In this document: in pieces, positions 26,113 through 39,000 of the stretch | Layout: every line of letters begins with the position of its first letter | Position numbering within the stretch: position 1 is the first letter of the stretch | Origin: Octopus bimaculoides | Taxonomy: Eukaryota | DNA: 63,692 nucleotides | Direction of reading: 5' to 3' | NCBI RefSeq assembly: GCF_001194135.2 | Contig: NC_068995.1 | Span: forward strand, 10,734,578 to 10,798,269 | The notes under the pieces: generated by a model | Told to the model about the DNA's origin: nothing | Seen by the model: the letters and a program-made list of their open reading frames with translations, nothing else | Databases searched by the model: none | Made by a program: the position numbers and the translations under genes

Positions 26113-27594
26113 AGTTCCTGGCATGGGTAAAAGAAAATACAGGAGGAATAGTTAATTATGGTTTTATTCTATACATTCCTCTCTCAAATTCACACACTTA
26201 TTGAGTGGTCCTTCAGTTTTTCTAAGTGCTGAATAAAGAACTCAGAAGGTTGGCCACTCCAACCAGGCCTTCTGCAGTGCATTTAAAGCCACGGATTTTT
26301 CAGTAACCCCCTCATATGTAATATATATGCAATGAGCTTCTTTCAGTTTCCATATACTAAATCCACTCACAAGGCTTTTGACCAACCTGAGGCTTATAGA
26401 AGACACTTGCCGAGGGTGCTGTGTAGTGGGACTGAACCTAATACCATACAGTTAGGAAGCAAGCTTCTTAGCCACACAGCCAATCCCTTTGGTGATGTTG
26501 CTATTTATTCTCTAGATCACTGTTCCTTCAGTAGTCCAATGCACAATGCCATGACCATCCTGACTTTTTGTATCTTTGGAACTGCTTTGGTCCCATGTTT
26601 CAGATGGTAGCGTCCATCCTATTTATTAGTTTTGTATATCTATAACTACATTTATTCAATGCGGCCTTCTCTTTGAAGACAGTTGAGTGTTTGTTTGAGG
26701 GAAGTTTACCTTCTATTACTAACAGGTTGAGCAACAATGTAGAGGCTGCACTAGACTGTGGTGGTGGTGGTCGTAGTTGCGGTAGTGATGGTGGTGGATA
26801 ATTGGTCTATAAAATAGTCTGGCAATAACTGATATTTATTCAATCACTTATAACCTTTAACCTGCATATAATTGGTGGTGCTTTGGTGATTTGAGAAATC
26901 AATACTTTGATCACATGTATTATAGTAATGTNNNNNNNNNNNNNNNNNNNNNNNNNNNNNNNNNNNNNNNNNNNNNNNNNNNNNNNNNNNNNNNNNNNNN
27001 NNNNNNNNNNNNNNNNNNNNNNNNNNNNNNNNNNNNNNNNNNNNNNNNNNNNNNNNNNNNNNNNNNNNNNNNNNNNNNNNNNNNNNNNNNNNNNNNNATA
27101 TATATTATGGTAGTATATATATTATAGTAGAAAAATATATACATATATATATTATAGTAGTATATTTAGGTATTAGATACTATAAACACTAATTAGACAG
27201 AGGAAAGAGAAACGAAAGATACATCCCACTAATAGGTAAAATGGTTGAGAATATACATACATATATATGTAAGCATGTATCAATGCAGACATACATATAT
27301 ATATGTATGAATACACATACATATATGTGTGTGTGTGTGTGTACGTTTATATAAATTTATATATAACAATCGGATGCACAAAGAGCTGTGTAAGCGTTGA
27401 TTTGTGGGTTTGATTCTGGCCTGTGTTAGCTCATCATTTTTCAGTCGATTGTTTATATATAAATGTTGGTTTAATTCGGAGTATATATATATATTATAAT
27501 TGTGATATATTATTATATATAGTAATTATTGTACTAACAGACTTCCATAGTTGCTCTGTCTCCGTAACTTACAGAGCCTTCTGGTTTGTTTACA

Positions 27595-27631
<37 letters not shown>

Positions 27632-27644
27632 TATATACATAGAG

Positions 27645-27687
<43 letters not shown>

Positions 27688-28509
27688 CACACACACATAT
27701 ATACTAGGGGGAGAGAGAGAAGAGAAGGAGAAATAAGCAACAAATGTTGAGTTCTATGAGGAAGGGGAGGAGGAGGAGGAGAACAGATTGCAAAACATAC
27801 AATGAGCCCAGTTCCAGTCACAGATCTTTGTAGCTTTACGAGAAATAATAAAGGGAAGGAATACTTACACCAGCCATTCTTTCGGTGTGGGGATGTAAAA
27901 TAGGATGGTCTGAAACACCTGGGAAGAGCACTTTAAATGTGTACTGGGAATAATCCCATACAGGGAAGCCACTAGGAAGCAGGTCACTGGTTAAGTCTGT
28001 CACATCTGTCTGTAGTTCAGCAAATGCTTTCAAAGATAAAGGAAAAAAAAACAACAACATTAAAATTAATTAATGAATTAATAACAACCAATTAGAAGTA
28101 ATAGCTCAATAGTAAAGAACAGTGATTCTCAATTGGGATTCATATAACCCTAGGTGGTCCCTATGACCCTTGGGGGCCCACATAAGATAGTGTCGTTAAA
28201 ATTTATGTGTAAGAAAATATTTTAACAATTTTTCTTAATACAATTTCTTATGATATTTAACTCAATCTTTTATTATATTTTTTCCTCCTTTTATTTGTTT
28301 TAAGCATTAGACTGTGGCCATGCTGGGGCACCACCTCGAAGAAGTTTTAGTCAAATGCATCAACTGCAGTACTTATGTTTTTAAAGCATTTTAAAGCCTG
28401 GTACTTATTCTATCAGTCTTTTTGCTGAACTACTAAGTTATGGGGAACAAACACAGAAACAAAGCCACATTTACACACACATTTGTATATATACATATGA
28501 TGATGATGA

Positions 28510-28559
<50 letters not shown>

Positions 28560-31500
28560 AAAACAAGAGAAATGACCAGCAAAAGTGGACTCCTATATGC
28601 TAGAAATAGATGCTGAATCATCTAACCACAAAAAATATGTTCTCAGTAAAAATTTAGTGACACAACAGACTGTAAAAGGGCAAGACAAATGAAAAAATAC
28701 TAAATAAAAAAACGATTAACCTACGTACCATGGTTTCACCTATTAAAATTTACATAATTAAATATCTGCAGGATCATCAGTGTATTCTGTCGATTTATAA
28801 AATATAATTTCTAGAACTTTTAATTGATTAATATCAATTTCTACCCTCATTAATAAATTTTAAATAATGATGTTCTCAAACTGGTAAATTAGCTGCAAAA
28901 ATTTATTAACTGCAGAGTTATTTCTAGACTTAGCGCGCCAGATTGAAGACATTTGAAAGGATACTCTGAATATAATTTGTAGAACTCTACACGTGCTCCC
29001 TTTCGGGTGGACGTCTTGTGTCTAGTTCTGGAAATTATATTTTATAAATTGACAGACTACACTGATGATCCTGCAGATATTTACTCATGTAAATTTTAAT
29101 AGGTGAAACCATGGTACATAGGTTAATCGTTTTTTTTTTTTAGTATTTTTTCATTTGTCTTGCCCTTTTACAGTCTGTTGTGTCACTAAATTTTTACTGA
29201 GAACATATTTTTCGTGGTTAGATGATTCGGCATCTATTTCTAGCATATAGGAGTCCACTTTTGCTGGTCATTCCTCTTATTTTTGTATGTAATATAATTT
29301 TAATCTTCGGATTTTTTTAATATGCTAGACCACTGGTTTTAATTGATTAATATCAATTTCTACCCTCATTAATAAATTTTATATATATATATATATATAT
29401 ATACGACGGGCTTCTTTCAGTCTTCCAAATCCGTTCACAAAGCTTTAGTTGGCCCGAGGAAATAGCAGAAGGCACTCGCCTGAGGTGCTACACAGTGGGA
29501 CTGAACCCGGAACCATACCGTTGGAAAGGAAGCTTCTTACCACATAGCCACGTCTAATTTCTAATAACATTTGATTATAAGAATATTATACGATTTTTTA
29601 AACATCAAATGCGTATGAAGGTCCACCATAGTTGTGAATAGGCTAAAAATGATCGAGAAATACTGATGTAGTGTATAAATATTTAAGATAAAAAGGAGTT
29701 GTCTCCCTTAGTGCAAATTTGGGTGTCTTCTACTGTACCTTTTGGAGGTTAACTAACGCCCCGAGAATAAAATTTCATCGAGGAAAATTGTGCAAAGGAC
29801 ACACACGTATAAGATATATTAAAATAGGTTTGTGTATGTACGTACGTTTCTGCATGCATGTCTATATACATTAATATAAACATCATGTGGTATTTTTGCG
29901 TCTGTACAGGGAGATAACTCAGTAAAGGGACGTAATTCTGGCTAATTTAGTCGACTAGTAAATAGCAATTTACTGTTATAACTCTTTATCTTGATTTGAA
30001 TGTAGTGCTAAGCACTGATGCTGATCAAAGTTTAATCAACAGGTGTAGGAGCGAGGTAAATGCAGTAAAAATAGGGGGTGGGGGATCAGTATGGCTCCAT
30101 TTCAGTGGCCCTTCAGAAATTGAACCTCCTTACGATACTCCCTGGGAGTTCATAGTATGAAATTCATTGTCATTGCTCCGATTTGGTTGGCAATGCCATA
30201 TATTTAGTTTAAAATACAGTAAAAATAGGAGAGGTCAGCGGGGTCCCTAATTAGGCGGCCCTTAAAGAAATAGACCCCCTTAGGATATTCCCTGGGATTA
30301 GGAAAGTTGCTGGTTTAAGTCTCGTTGTCCTTGCACCAACGGTCTAGGAGAAGTTAACGAACATAAAAACGTAATGGACAGAGAAACATCACTCCAATTT
30401 AGAATAGGATGAGCCATACCTTGTTTGCATTCATTCCGCACATTGCTTTCTAGATTATCCAATTGGATCTGCATCTTTTTGTATCTGCGTTCAGCTTGCG
30501 TGCTCTTACGCCAATAGGTGATCATAGTAAGGGAGATGAGAATGACTACAATAAAACCAGCAGTAGCTATTCCAATGATGATATTCATTGGAAGGGACAT
30601 TCCCGTGTCATATTCTAAATATCCAACATTGAATTGTTTGTAGCCAATTATCACCTGGAATGAGAAGCAGAGAAAAAGAAAAAGAGAGAGAGTGAGAACG
30701 AATGAGAGATGTGTTGATTAAAGAGCTGCAACATACAGAAATTAATAAATATATACGAAGAGGTGCTGAAAACTTCAGGGTTTTAAGGGTAGCGCAAAAG
30801 GCCTGGTTGGAGCTTGACCTTCCAAGTTCTTTGACAGTTTTTTGACAGTTCTTTTATAAGCTCTTTTACAGAGATTATAAAAACGAGGATCGTTACAACA
30901 ATTGAGTGAATTGGAGAGGGGAATCATCATCATCATCATTTAATGTCCGCTTTCCATGCTAGCATGGGTTGGACGATTTGACTGAGGACTGGTGAAACCA
31001 AATGGCTACACCAGGCTCCAATCTGATTTGGCAAATTTTCTACAGCTGGATGCCCTTCCTAACGTCAAGCACTCCGAGAGTGTAGTGAGTGCTTTTACGT
31101 GCCACCGGCACGAAGGCCAGTCAGGTGGTACTGGCAACGGCCACGCTCAAAATGGTGTATTTTATGTGCCACCCGCACAAGAGTCAGTTGAATAAAATCA
31201 TAATAAACTAATCCTCCTATATTTTCTGTTACCGAAAGCCAGGATCTTCCCAGCATGTCCTTATATATGTATGTACTAGATACGAACAAAAGTGATTGGG
31301 AAAATGATGTTCTAGATCAGAACAAGTGGAAAGGTGTTGTTAGGACAGGTTGCAATGCCTGGGAAGAAAAGGTGATTCAGCACTCTGAACTTAAAAGGGC
31401 CTGTTGCAAAGGAACAATTTAAACTGTAATCAACAGTGAACACTGGATATGTATTATATGTGATCATGTTCTGTTGTCAAAAGCAGGATATGTGAATCAT

Positions 31501-33022
31501 ATGAAGTCACATGAAAATCAACATAACCTGATAGGTAATGATCTTGGACACCAACTGCCTCTTACGACTTATGTTATATGTCAAAAAACCTGCAAGACAA
31601 TATCTGGACTTTAAAAGACATGATAGTTCACAAAAACATTCCTTCAATTCCAAAGGGCAAAGATGTAGAAGAAACTTGAATATCTGTCACTTGTTTTTTA
31701 AAATCCTGTCAGTCAGCAGCTGGTCTTAAAAGTCATCAACGGAGTGATTGTACTGTGTGATGGGGTGTGATATGTATGTTGATGGGACGGCGATCATCAT
31801 ATATATATATATATTTATACATACATATTGGTTTCAGATAGGTTGGTATTAAAAGGGCTAAAGCAGTGCTCCAGCATGGCAGCAGACTAATGACTGAAAC
31901 TAAAGGACAAGGAAGAAATAAAAAAAGGCTACTCACGACAACAGCTGGTAATGAGATATCTTTCCCTTCTTCCCCAGGTGGTTGAACTGTAGGAGGCCGA
32001 CACACCAGTTGATGAATAGACAACGTTGTGATGTTGCATCTCTCATTGCCAATACGAACTATAACATCAGATTCTCTTGCAGCAAGATTTAAATTTTTAC
32101 CCTGGACAAAAAAGAAAAAAAGAAAAAAAACAAAGAAATAAAAATAAGGAAATAAAATAAAAAAAAAAAGACAGATAAAATATTCAACGTCTGTGTGGTT
32201 AAGAAACTTGGCTTACAGCCACGAGGTTTTGGGATCACATTGAAAGGATGAAAGTGAAGGTCGATCTCAGCGGCATTTGAATTCAGAACATGAAGACAGA
32301 TGAAATATTGCTAAGCATTTCGCCAGCTTGCTGCCTTATATAATAATAATAACAATAATAATAATAATAATAACAATAATAATAATAATAATAATGGTTT
32401 CAAAATTTGCCACATGGGCAGCAGTTTTCTAGGGGAGGCAGAAGTTGATTACATTGACCCCAGTGTTTCACTGGCACTTAATTTATCGTCCCCGAAAGGA
32501 TGAAAGGCAAAGTTGACCTTGGCAGAATTTGAGTAGTGACAAATGAAATACTGCTAAACATTTTGCCCAACATGCTAACGATTCTGCTAGCTAATAATAA
32601 TAATCATAATAGATATAGAGAAGAGTTCTTTACTTATAAAACGATTGACACAATCCATCACCAAGGCAAACATTATTGATGAAAAGCATGATTCGAAAGT
32701 AACAGATATTTATTTGTAGTAAAGAACTCTTCTCTATATCTAAATAACTTCTGCTGAGTTACTTCAGTCCTATATAAACTTTAAAAAAAATGAATTAGAC
32801 TGACATGTTTATTTTGAACCTGTGGAAGGTACACAAGATGCCGAAATATAGTTCAACTACAAATATATATCTGTTACTTTCGAATCACGCTTTTCGTCAT
32901 TGTTTGCTTCGGTGATGGATTACGTCAGCTCTTCGTCATTGATGTTTTACAAGTAAAGAACTCTTCTCTATATCTAAATAACTTCTGCTGAGTTACTTCA
33001 GTCTTATATAAACTTAATAATC

Positions 33023-33062
<40 letters not shown>

Positions 33063-36000
33063 TGCCCGGATGCAGTACCAGGCTGTGACTTTCATGGCTT
33101 CTGATCTTAACTGATTGGAAGTGTTATCATGTACATTCTTTTGTCTTGGTATAAAAGATGAGACTACAGCAAATATTCTGCTCAATACCACAGATTTGCT
33201 TGTCAGTTGTTTGACCTTCACCAGTTGAGCATGTCCCTTAGTGGCTGACAATATGTGCATCTCTGATCATGAACAGAAGTAGTTGGGGAGCATCATAGCC
33301 ATGTGTTGAGAGGAATTCTTTGGGGTTTGAATAATTCACTTTTGGAAACATGGGTGTTTTGCTCAACATCCTTAAACAAACCTTGTTCAGGGACCTGTTG
33401 AGCAGGATGGGCTACTCGACCTGAAGAAAATTCTAACTGGGCCTCACCTGCAAGGTCATGCACAGTTTATCTTGATATGAAATTACCATGTTATGCATCT
33501 ATGATTGTGATGCATGTGTCTGGTATATCCATATTAGATGGGTAGTCATGATGGCTATATTTGGCTTCATATATTTGTATCCCATTGTCACTCTGATGGC
33601 ATGTATTGCTCTCTCACTCAATAATAATAATGATAATAATAATGATAATAATAATGATAATAATAAAGATCTTGAAATAGAAATTGGCAAAATGTGTAAC
33701 CTGAAGACTAAAACAATACCTGTTGGCATAGGTGCCCTGTGAATGATAGCAAAAGGGGCTGATTGCTACCTTGCTCAGATACCAGGAAATCCCAAAATGG
33801 CAGAAATTCAAAAGATAGTTCTCATGGGAACTGCCCACATCCTATGTAAAATACTGTCTGTAATCTAAAATTTTAAAATAAACTCATAATTTTCTTATGG
33901 TTTCTTAAACATTCTCTAGAACAACACTATGTGCAAAACCAAATATATGGCACCCTAAGCTTAACACCAACACAAACTTCTAATGTGTTGTCTCTTAAGG
34001 TCTCTGGGTGAGACTTGAAACCAACTTGTACAAATGCAAAGCAAAAGTCAAACATAAAATAATAATAATAATAATAATAAAGCATGATTAAAATATATTA
34101 CTTACATCTATTATCAAAACTTCTGCTTTAAGACGCTTGATTTTATCGATGCCGCTAAATGGATTGATCACAGGATCTCGAAAGTAGTGTAAAACCGATT
34201 TCGTGGTGGTGTGCGTTTGGTTCAGGTGCTGCACAGTCTGAACATCGTCCATTAAGAAAGCAAGTTGCTCTTGATGAGACCGTACTGCACGGCGTGTTAT
34301 ATGATGGTTCAGACTTATAGGGCAGGGCGGAGTGGGGCATATCATTGTAGTGTTGTTCAAAACTACACAGTTCTGTGGACAGAAAACAAACAAACAATTG
34401 ATAAACAAATAAATAAACAGAAAATACTTAAACATGAACAAAAACAGTTAAATATACCAAGTAAACCCATGAATAATACCATACTCTCTTTTTACTCTTT
34501 TACTTGTTTCAGTCATTTGACTGAGGCCATGCTGGAGCACCACCTTCAGTCGAGAAAATTGACTTTAAGACTTATTCTTTGTAAGCCTAGTACTTATTCT
34601 ATCGGTTTCTTTTTGCCAAACCGCTAAGTTACGGGGACGTAAACACACCAGCATCGGTTGTCAAGCGATGGTGGGGGGACAGACACACACATACATATAT
34701 ATATATACATATATATGACGGGCGTCTTTCAGTTTCTGTCTGCCAAATCCACTCACAAGGATTTGGTCGGCCCGAGGCTATAGTAGAAGACACTTGCCCA
34801 AGGTGCCACGCAGTGGGACTGAACCCGGAACCATGTGGTTGGTAAGCAAGCTACTTACCACACAGCCACTCCTGCACCTGCATAATATTCGTTTCAAAGT
34901 TTTGCACAAGGCCAGCAATTTTAGGGGGGAGAGTGTAAGTCAATTACATCGACCCCAGTATTCAACTGGTACTTATTTTATCAACCCTGAAAGGATGGAA
35001 GGCAAAGTTGACCATGGTGTGCATAATATTGAATTAAAAAAACCCTTGGATGTTTATAGATGTGGGTTGAAGCCCCATAGGTAACCTTTGACTTTTTATT
35101 ATCCAAGGGATCTTTGGCTCAGTAGTCTACATGCTGTTATTTATAGCTTTTTTTTAAGGCAGCGTAAAAAGCACTGGTGCTGGTGCCATGTGAAAAGAAC
35201 CCAGTACACACAATAAAGGGGTTTTAACAGGGGTTGGTATGGTCAGGGTCAACGCCAGGTTCCAATTGTCTGTTTTGGCATCGTTTGAACGGGTGCATGT
35301 CCTTCCTAACACCAACCACATTACAGTGTGTATTGGGTACTTTATACATGGTTTCAATCACTGACAGGGTCATCAAATACCTAGCAAGACAAAACCCCCT
35401 TAACTGGGAAGGGGAAGAAGTATTGAGGCTTTGTACCAATTGAGATATTAATGATATAAAGGGACAGAGATAGATGTCTTGGTGTGTGGTAGATGCAAGA
35501 TTATCCCAGTTGGAAAAGAATGGAGAGCGAGTTTAGAAAGTAATATATACACATACACACACATATATATATATATAATATTTTTTCTGGATGAAAATAT
35601 TTCTTCCATTTAGAGCATTATTCCCTAGGTTTCCAAGGTTTTTTTTTATCATACTTTATTTACCTGTTCACTGACAAGATTCCGTGCATCACAGAATGTT
35701 TTTCAGTGGACAGGCTGCAGTTTCAAAGCAATGAAAATATTTTGAGAAATTAAATTTAAATGTTGAAGTGAATCTAATGGTTTTTGTGTGTTTTTAAATG
35801 GCTTATAAAGACCTTCCATACTGCAATTGTTTTTGTTTCAGCACATGATCTCAGATCAGGTCACTTGCTATGCAAGTACATCTCTGTAATATATATATAT
35901 ATCAACAATGATAATGATGAGGATTATTACGAAATTGCATAGCATTACTTTTAATTCCTTTTAATATATATACAACTTCACATAGACCTACACATGTTTC

Positions 36001-39000
36001 AACTGCATTGGTTAGCAACCATTGCAATCCTACTATAAATACCAGTGCATTTTCTTCAGGGTCTTTACTTAATATCCTTTGATCTACTCTGCATTGTATG
36101 ATGTAGAGTTGTTCATTAAATTAGATGTGAACAATCTCCATTTCAAGTCTTGATTGGATAATCACTTGTTATTTCAAACCATTCTGTTGTTTTAATGTTT
36201 ATTATTCATTTATACTGGGAAAATGGGAACAACAACAACACAAAAAAGACAAAGAAACAAAAAGTTTTGACAGTTACCTCATATTTGGTTTTATTGGGCT
36301 GTGAGTTGTCGCTGGAAATATACATCTTAGGATATTTCACAGCATGGAAATTTTGACCAGTGACTGTTAAATTCATGCCACCACTGAAAGAGGAAAAACA
36401 ATTACATCATCACCAATCATCATCATCATTATCATCATCATTATCATCAGCACCACATTTATTGATCATCAATTAAAGTCTACTTTTCCATGCTTGCATG
36501 GGTCAGAGTCTGTCCCCTACCTCTCTCTTGCTCCCCCACTCTCCCCCCCTCTCTCTCTCTCTATATATATATAATATATATAAAGGTGCGAAACTGAGTA
36601 TTACCATTCAGGTTATCGCTTGACAACAGATGTTGGTGTGTTTACATCCCCGCAACTTAGCGATTCGGCAAAAGAGGCCGATAGAATAAGTACTAGGCTT
36701 ACAAAGAATAAGTCCTAGGGTCGATTTGCTTGACAAATGACTGAAACGAGTAAAAGAGAGTTATTGTATATTTATAATTGAATATAATTAGGAATCTTTT
36801 ATGTTTTAATATCGTTTGACTGCAGCCATGCTGGAGCACTGCCATCAAGTGTTTTAATCGAAGAAATCGACCCCTCAGGATTTATTCTTTGTAAGCCTAG
36901 TACTTATCCTATTGGTCTCTTTTGCTGAACCACTAAGTTACGGGGACATAAACACACCAACATTGGTTGTCAAGTGATTGTGGGTGGGACAAACACAGAT
37001 ACAAAGACATACATACACACAAATATATACACACTGACACACACACACATGCATGTATGTATGTATATATGTATGTGAGTGTATATATAAACAAAGGGCT
37101 TCTTTCAGTTTCTGTCTACCAAATCCACTTACAAGTATTTAGTCAGCTCAAGGCTACAGTAGAAGACACTTGCCCAAGGTGCCACACAGTGGGGACTGAA
37201 CCCAGAACCATGTGGTTGGGAAGCTGTTAAAACATTTTGTATATCGTAGAAGTATAACCAATTTACTGCAGATAAATTTTAACCCCCAAATCTTATATAG
37301 ATCCCTAAGTGCCGGCATAAACCCTGGTTGGGGGCCACTGAATCAAACCCTTCAATGTGGTGCCCCTGACCAAAGAATGAGACGAGTCAAAGAGCAAAGG
37401 AACATAATCTGACGACATCCAATTCCAAGAATTCTGCTCAAACTGAGAACAGGCATGTCAGAGTTTTTTTAGATTTATTTCTAGAGAAACATCCATTTTT
37501 GTTTTATACACATCATATTCTATAAGTGCAAACTATTTTAGTTGACATTCAGTGATCGTGATGCCAATCTGCATATGGTATTTCTGTCAAATACCATTCA
37601 AAATGTCAATGCCAGTCATTTTCCTGTTCTTCATCAACAAATGGTAAATGTATTGATTCATCTTTTCCATGTTGTATTTTTTGTTTTCTCTTTGTGTTTT
37701 TTTTTTTTTTGGTTATGCTGATTGAGGATAGTCAGAACAGTCACTAGTTTCACTGGGGATGGTCACAGCATGGAGAGCAACAATTACTGGACACAGAATT
37801 TCAGAGACCATGGGTCAGTCAATGTATTTGTATAGTTTTTAATCATGTCTCTAACGATGATATTTTTGTTAATTCGTCACCTATAGTCTTTAGGATAATA
37901 TAATTAAATAATTTGTCTTAATTAGATAAAGTATATTGCATACAGAGTCCCAATTATGTTTCATCCACATAAACATATATTAATTAATGGTAGTCTCTTA
38001 AGTTTGAAAAAAAATAACACATTCCAGTTAAGGCCACTCCAGTTGTTTCAAATAGTATATCTAATCTCTCTCTCTGTTTTAAGATAAAGCACGAGATTTG
38101 AGGATGATTTAGCTGGTATTTCTAGCACCTGAATGAATGAGTTTAATAAAATCATCCAAATATGAAACATCATGAAAATTGTTTAAACCAAAGTTCTTCT
38201 TGAGCGACACATTTTTCCATTCCAGTCAATACAGAATTTATTATTATTATTATTATTATGCGCCCTTTTAAAGCCTAGCCAAGCTCATGACCCCGGTTTC
38301 CCAGTTTCTATGGCATATGTGTTCCTCCCAGCTGGACGGGACGCCAGTCCATCACAGCATTACTGAAGAAACAGGAAGAAAGAGTGAGAAAAAGTTGGGG
38401 CGAAAGAGTACAACAAAGGTCACCACCACCCCCTGCCAGAACCTCATGGAGCTTTATGTGTTTCTGCTCAATAAACACACACAGTGCTTGGTCTGGGAAT
38501 CAAAACCGCGATCCACCGACTGCGAGTCCGCTGCCCTAACCACTGGGCCATTGCGCCTCCACAGTCAATACAGAATTACAGACAGTATTTATGGAATTTT
38601 GATTTACTGTCGGGCGACTTTTGGCCAACCCTGTATGACCAACATACTCTCAGGAAAACACACACAGACAAACAAATAAACTAGACACATCAAACAAATA
38701 CATCAGGAAAGAAAAAAAAACAAAACAAAACAGAAGAAAAAATAGACGATACCTTGAAATACTTTTTAATGGATGTATTCGACTAATAACAGGATCAGTA
38801 AGATATCTGAAGAAATTTTTATGGTTACATCTGTGATCATCAAACATCATTGTGAAATCTAGAGGTTTTGTGGTGTTTCTGGTATTTTTCGAGGTCTTGC
38901 AGATACATCTTTTTTCTTCGCAGCTTGTAATATTGGTAATTTTTTCACCACAGCTGCCTGTGCTAACAGTACGACTGCAAAATGGTCAAAGAAGAACAGG

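Noticed and set aside
30298-30419. 40-codon read-through after the TM exon as a truncated isoform
   Set aside because: Canonical phase-compatible splice to e18; an open stretch of this length is expected by chance
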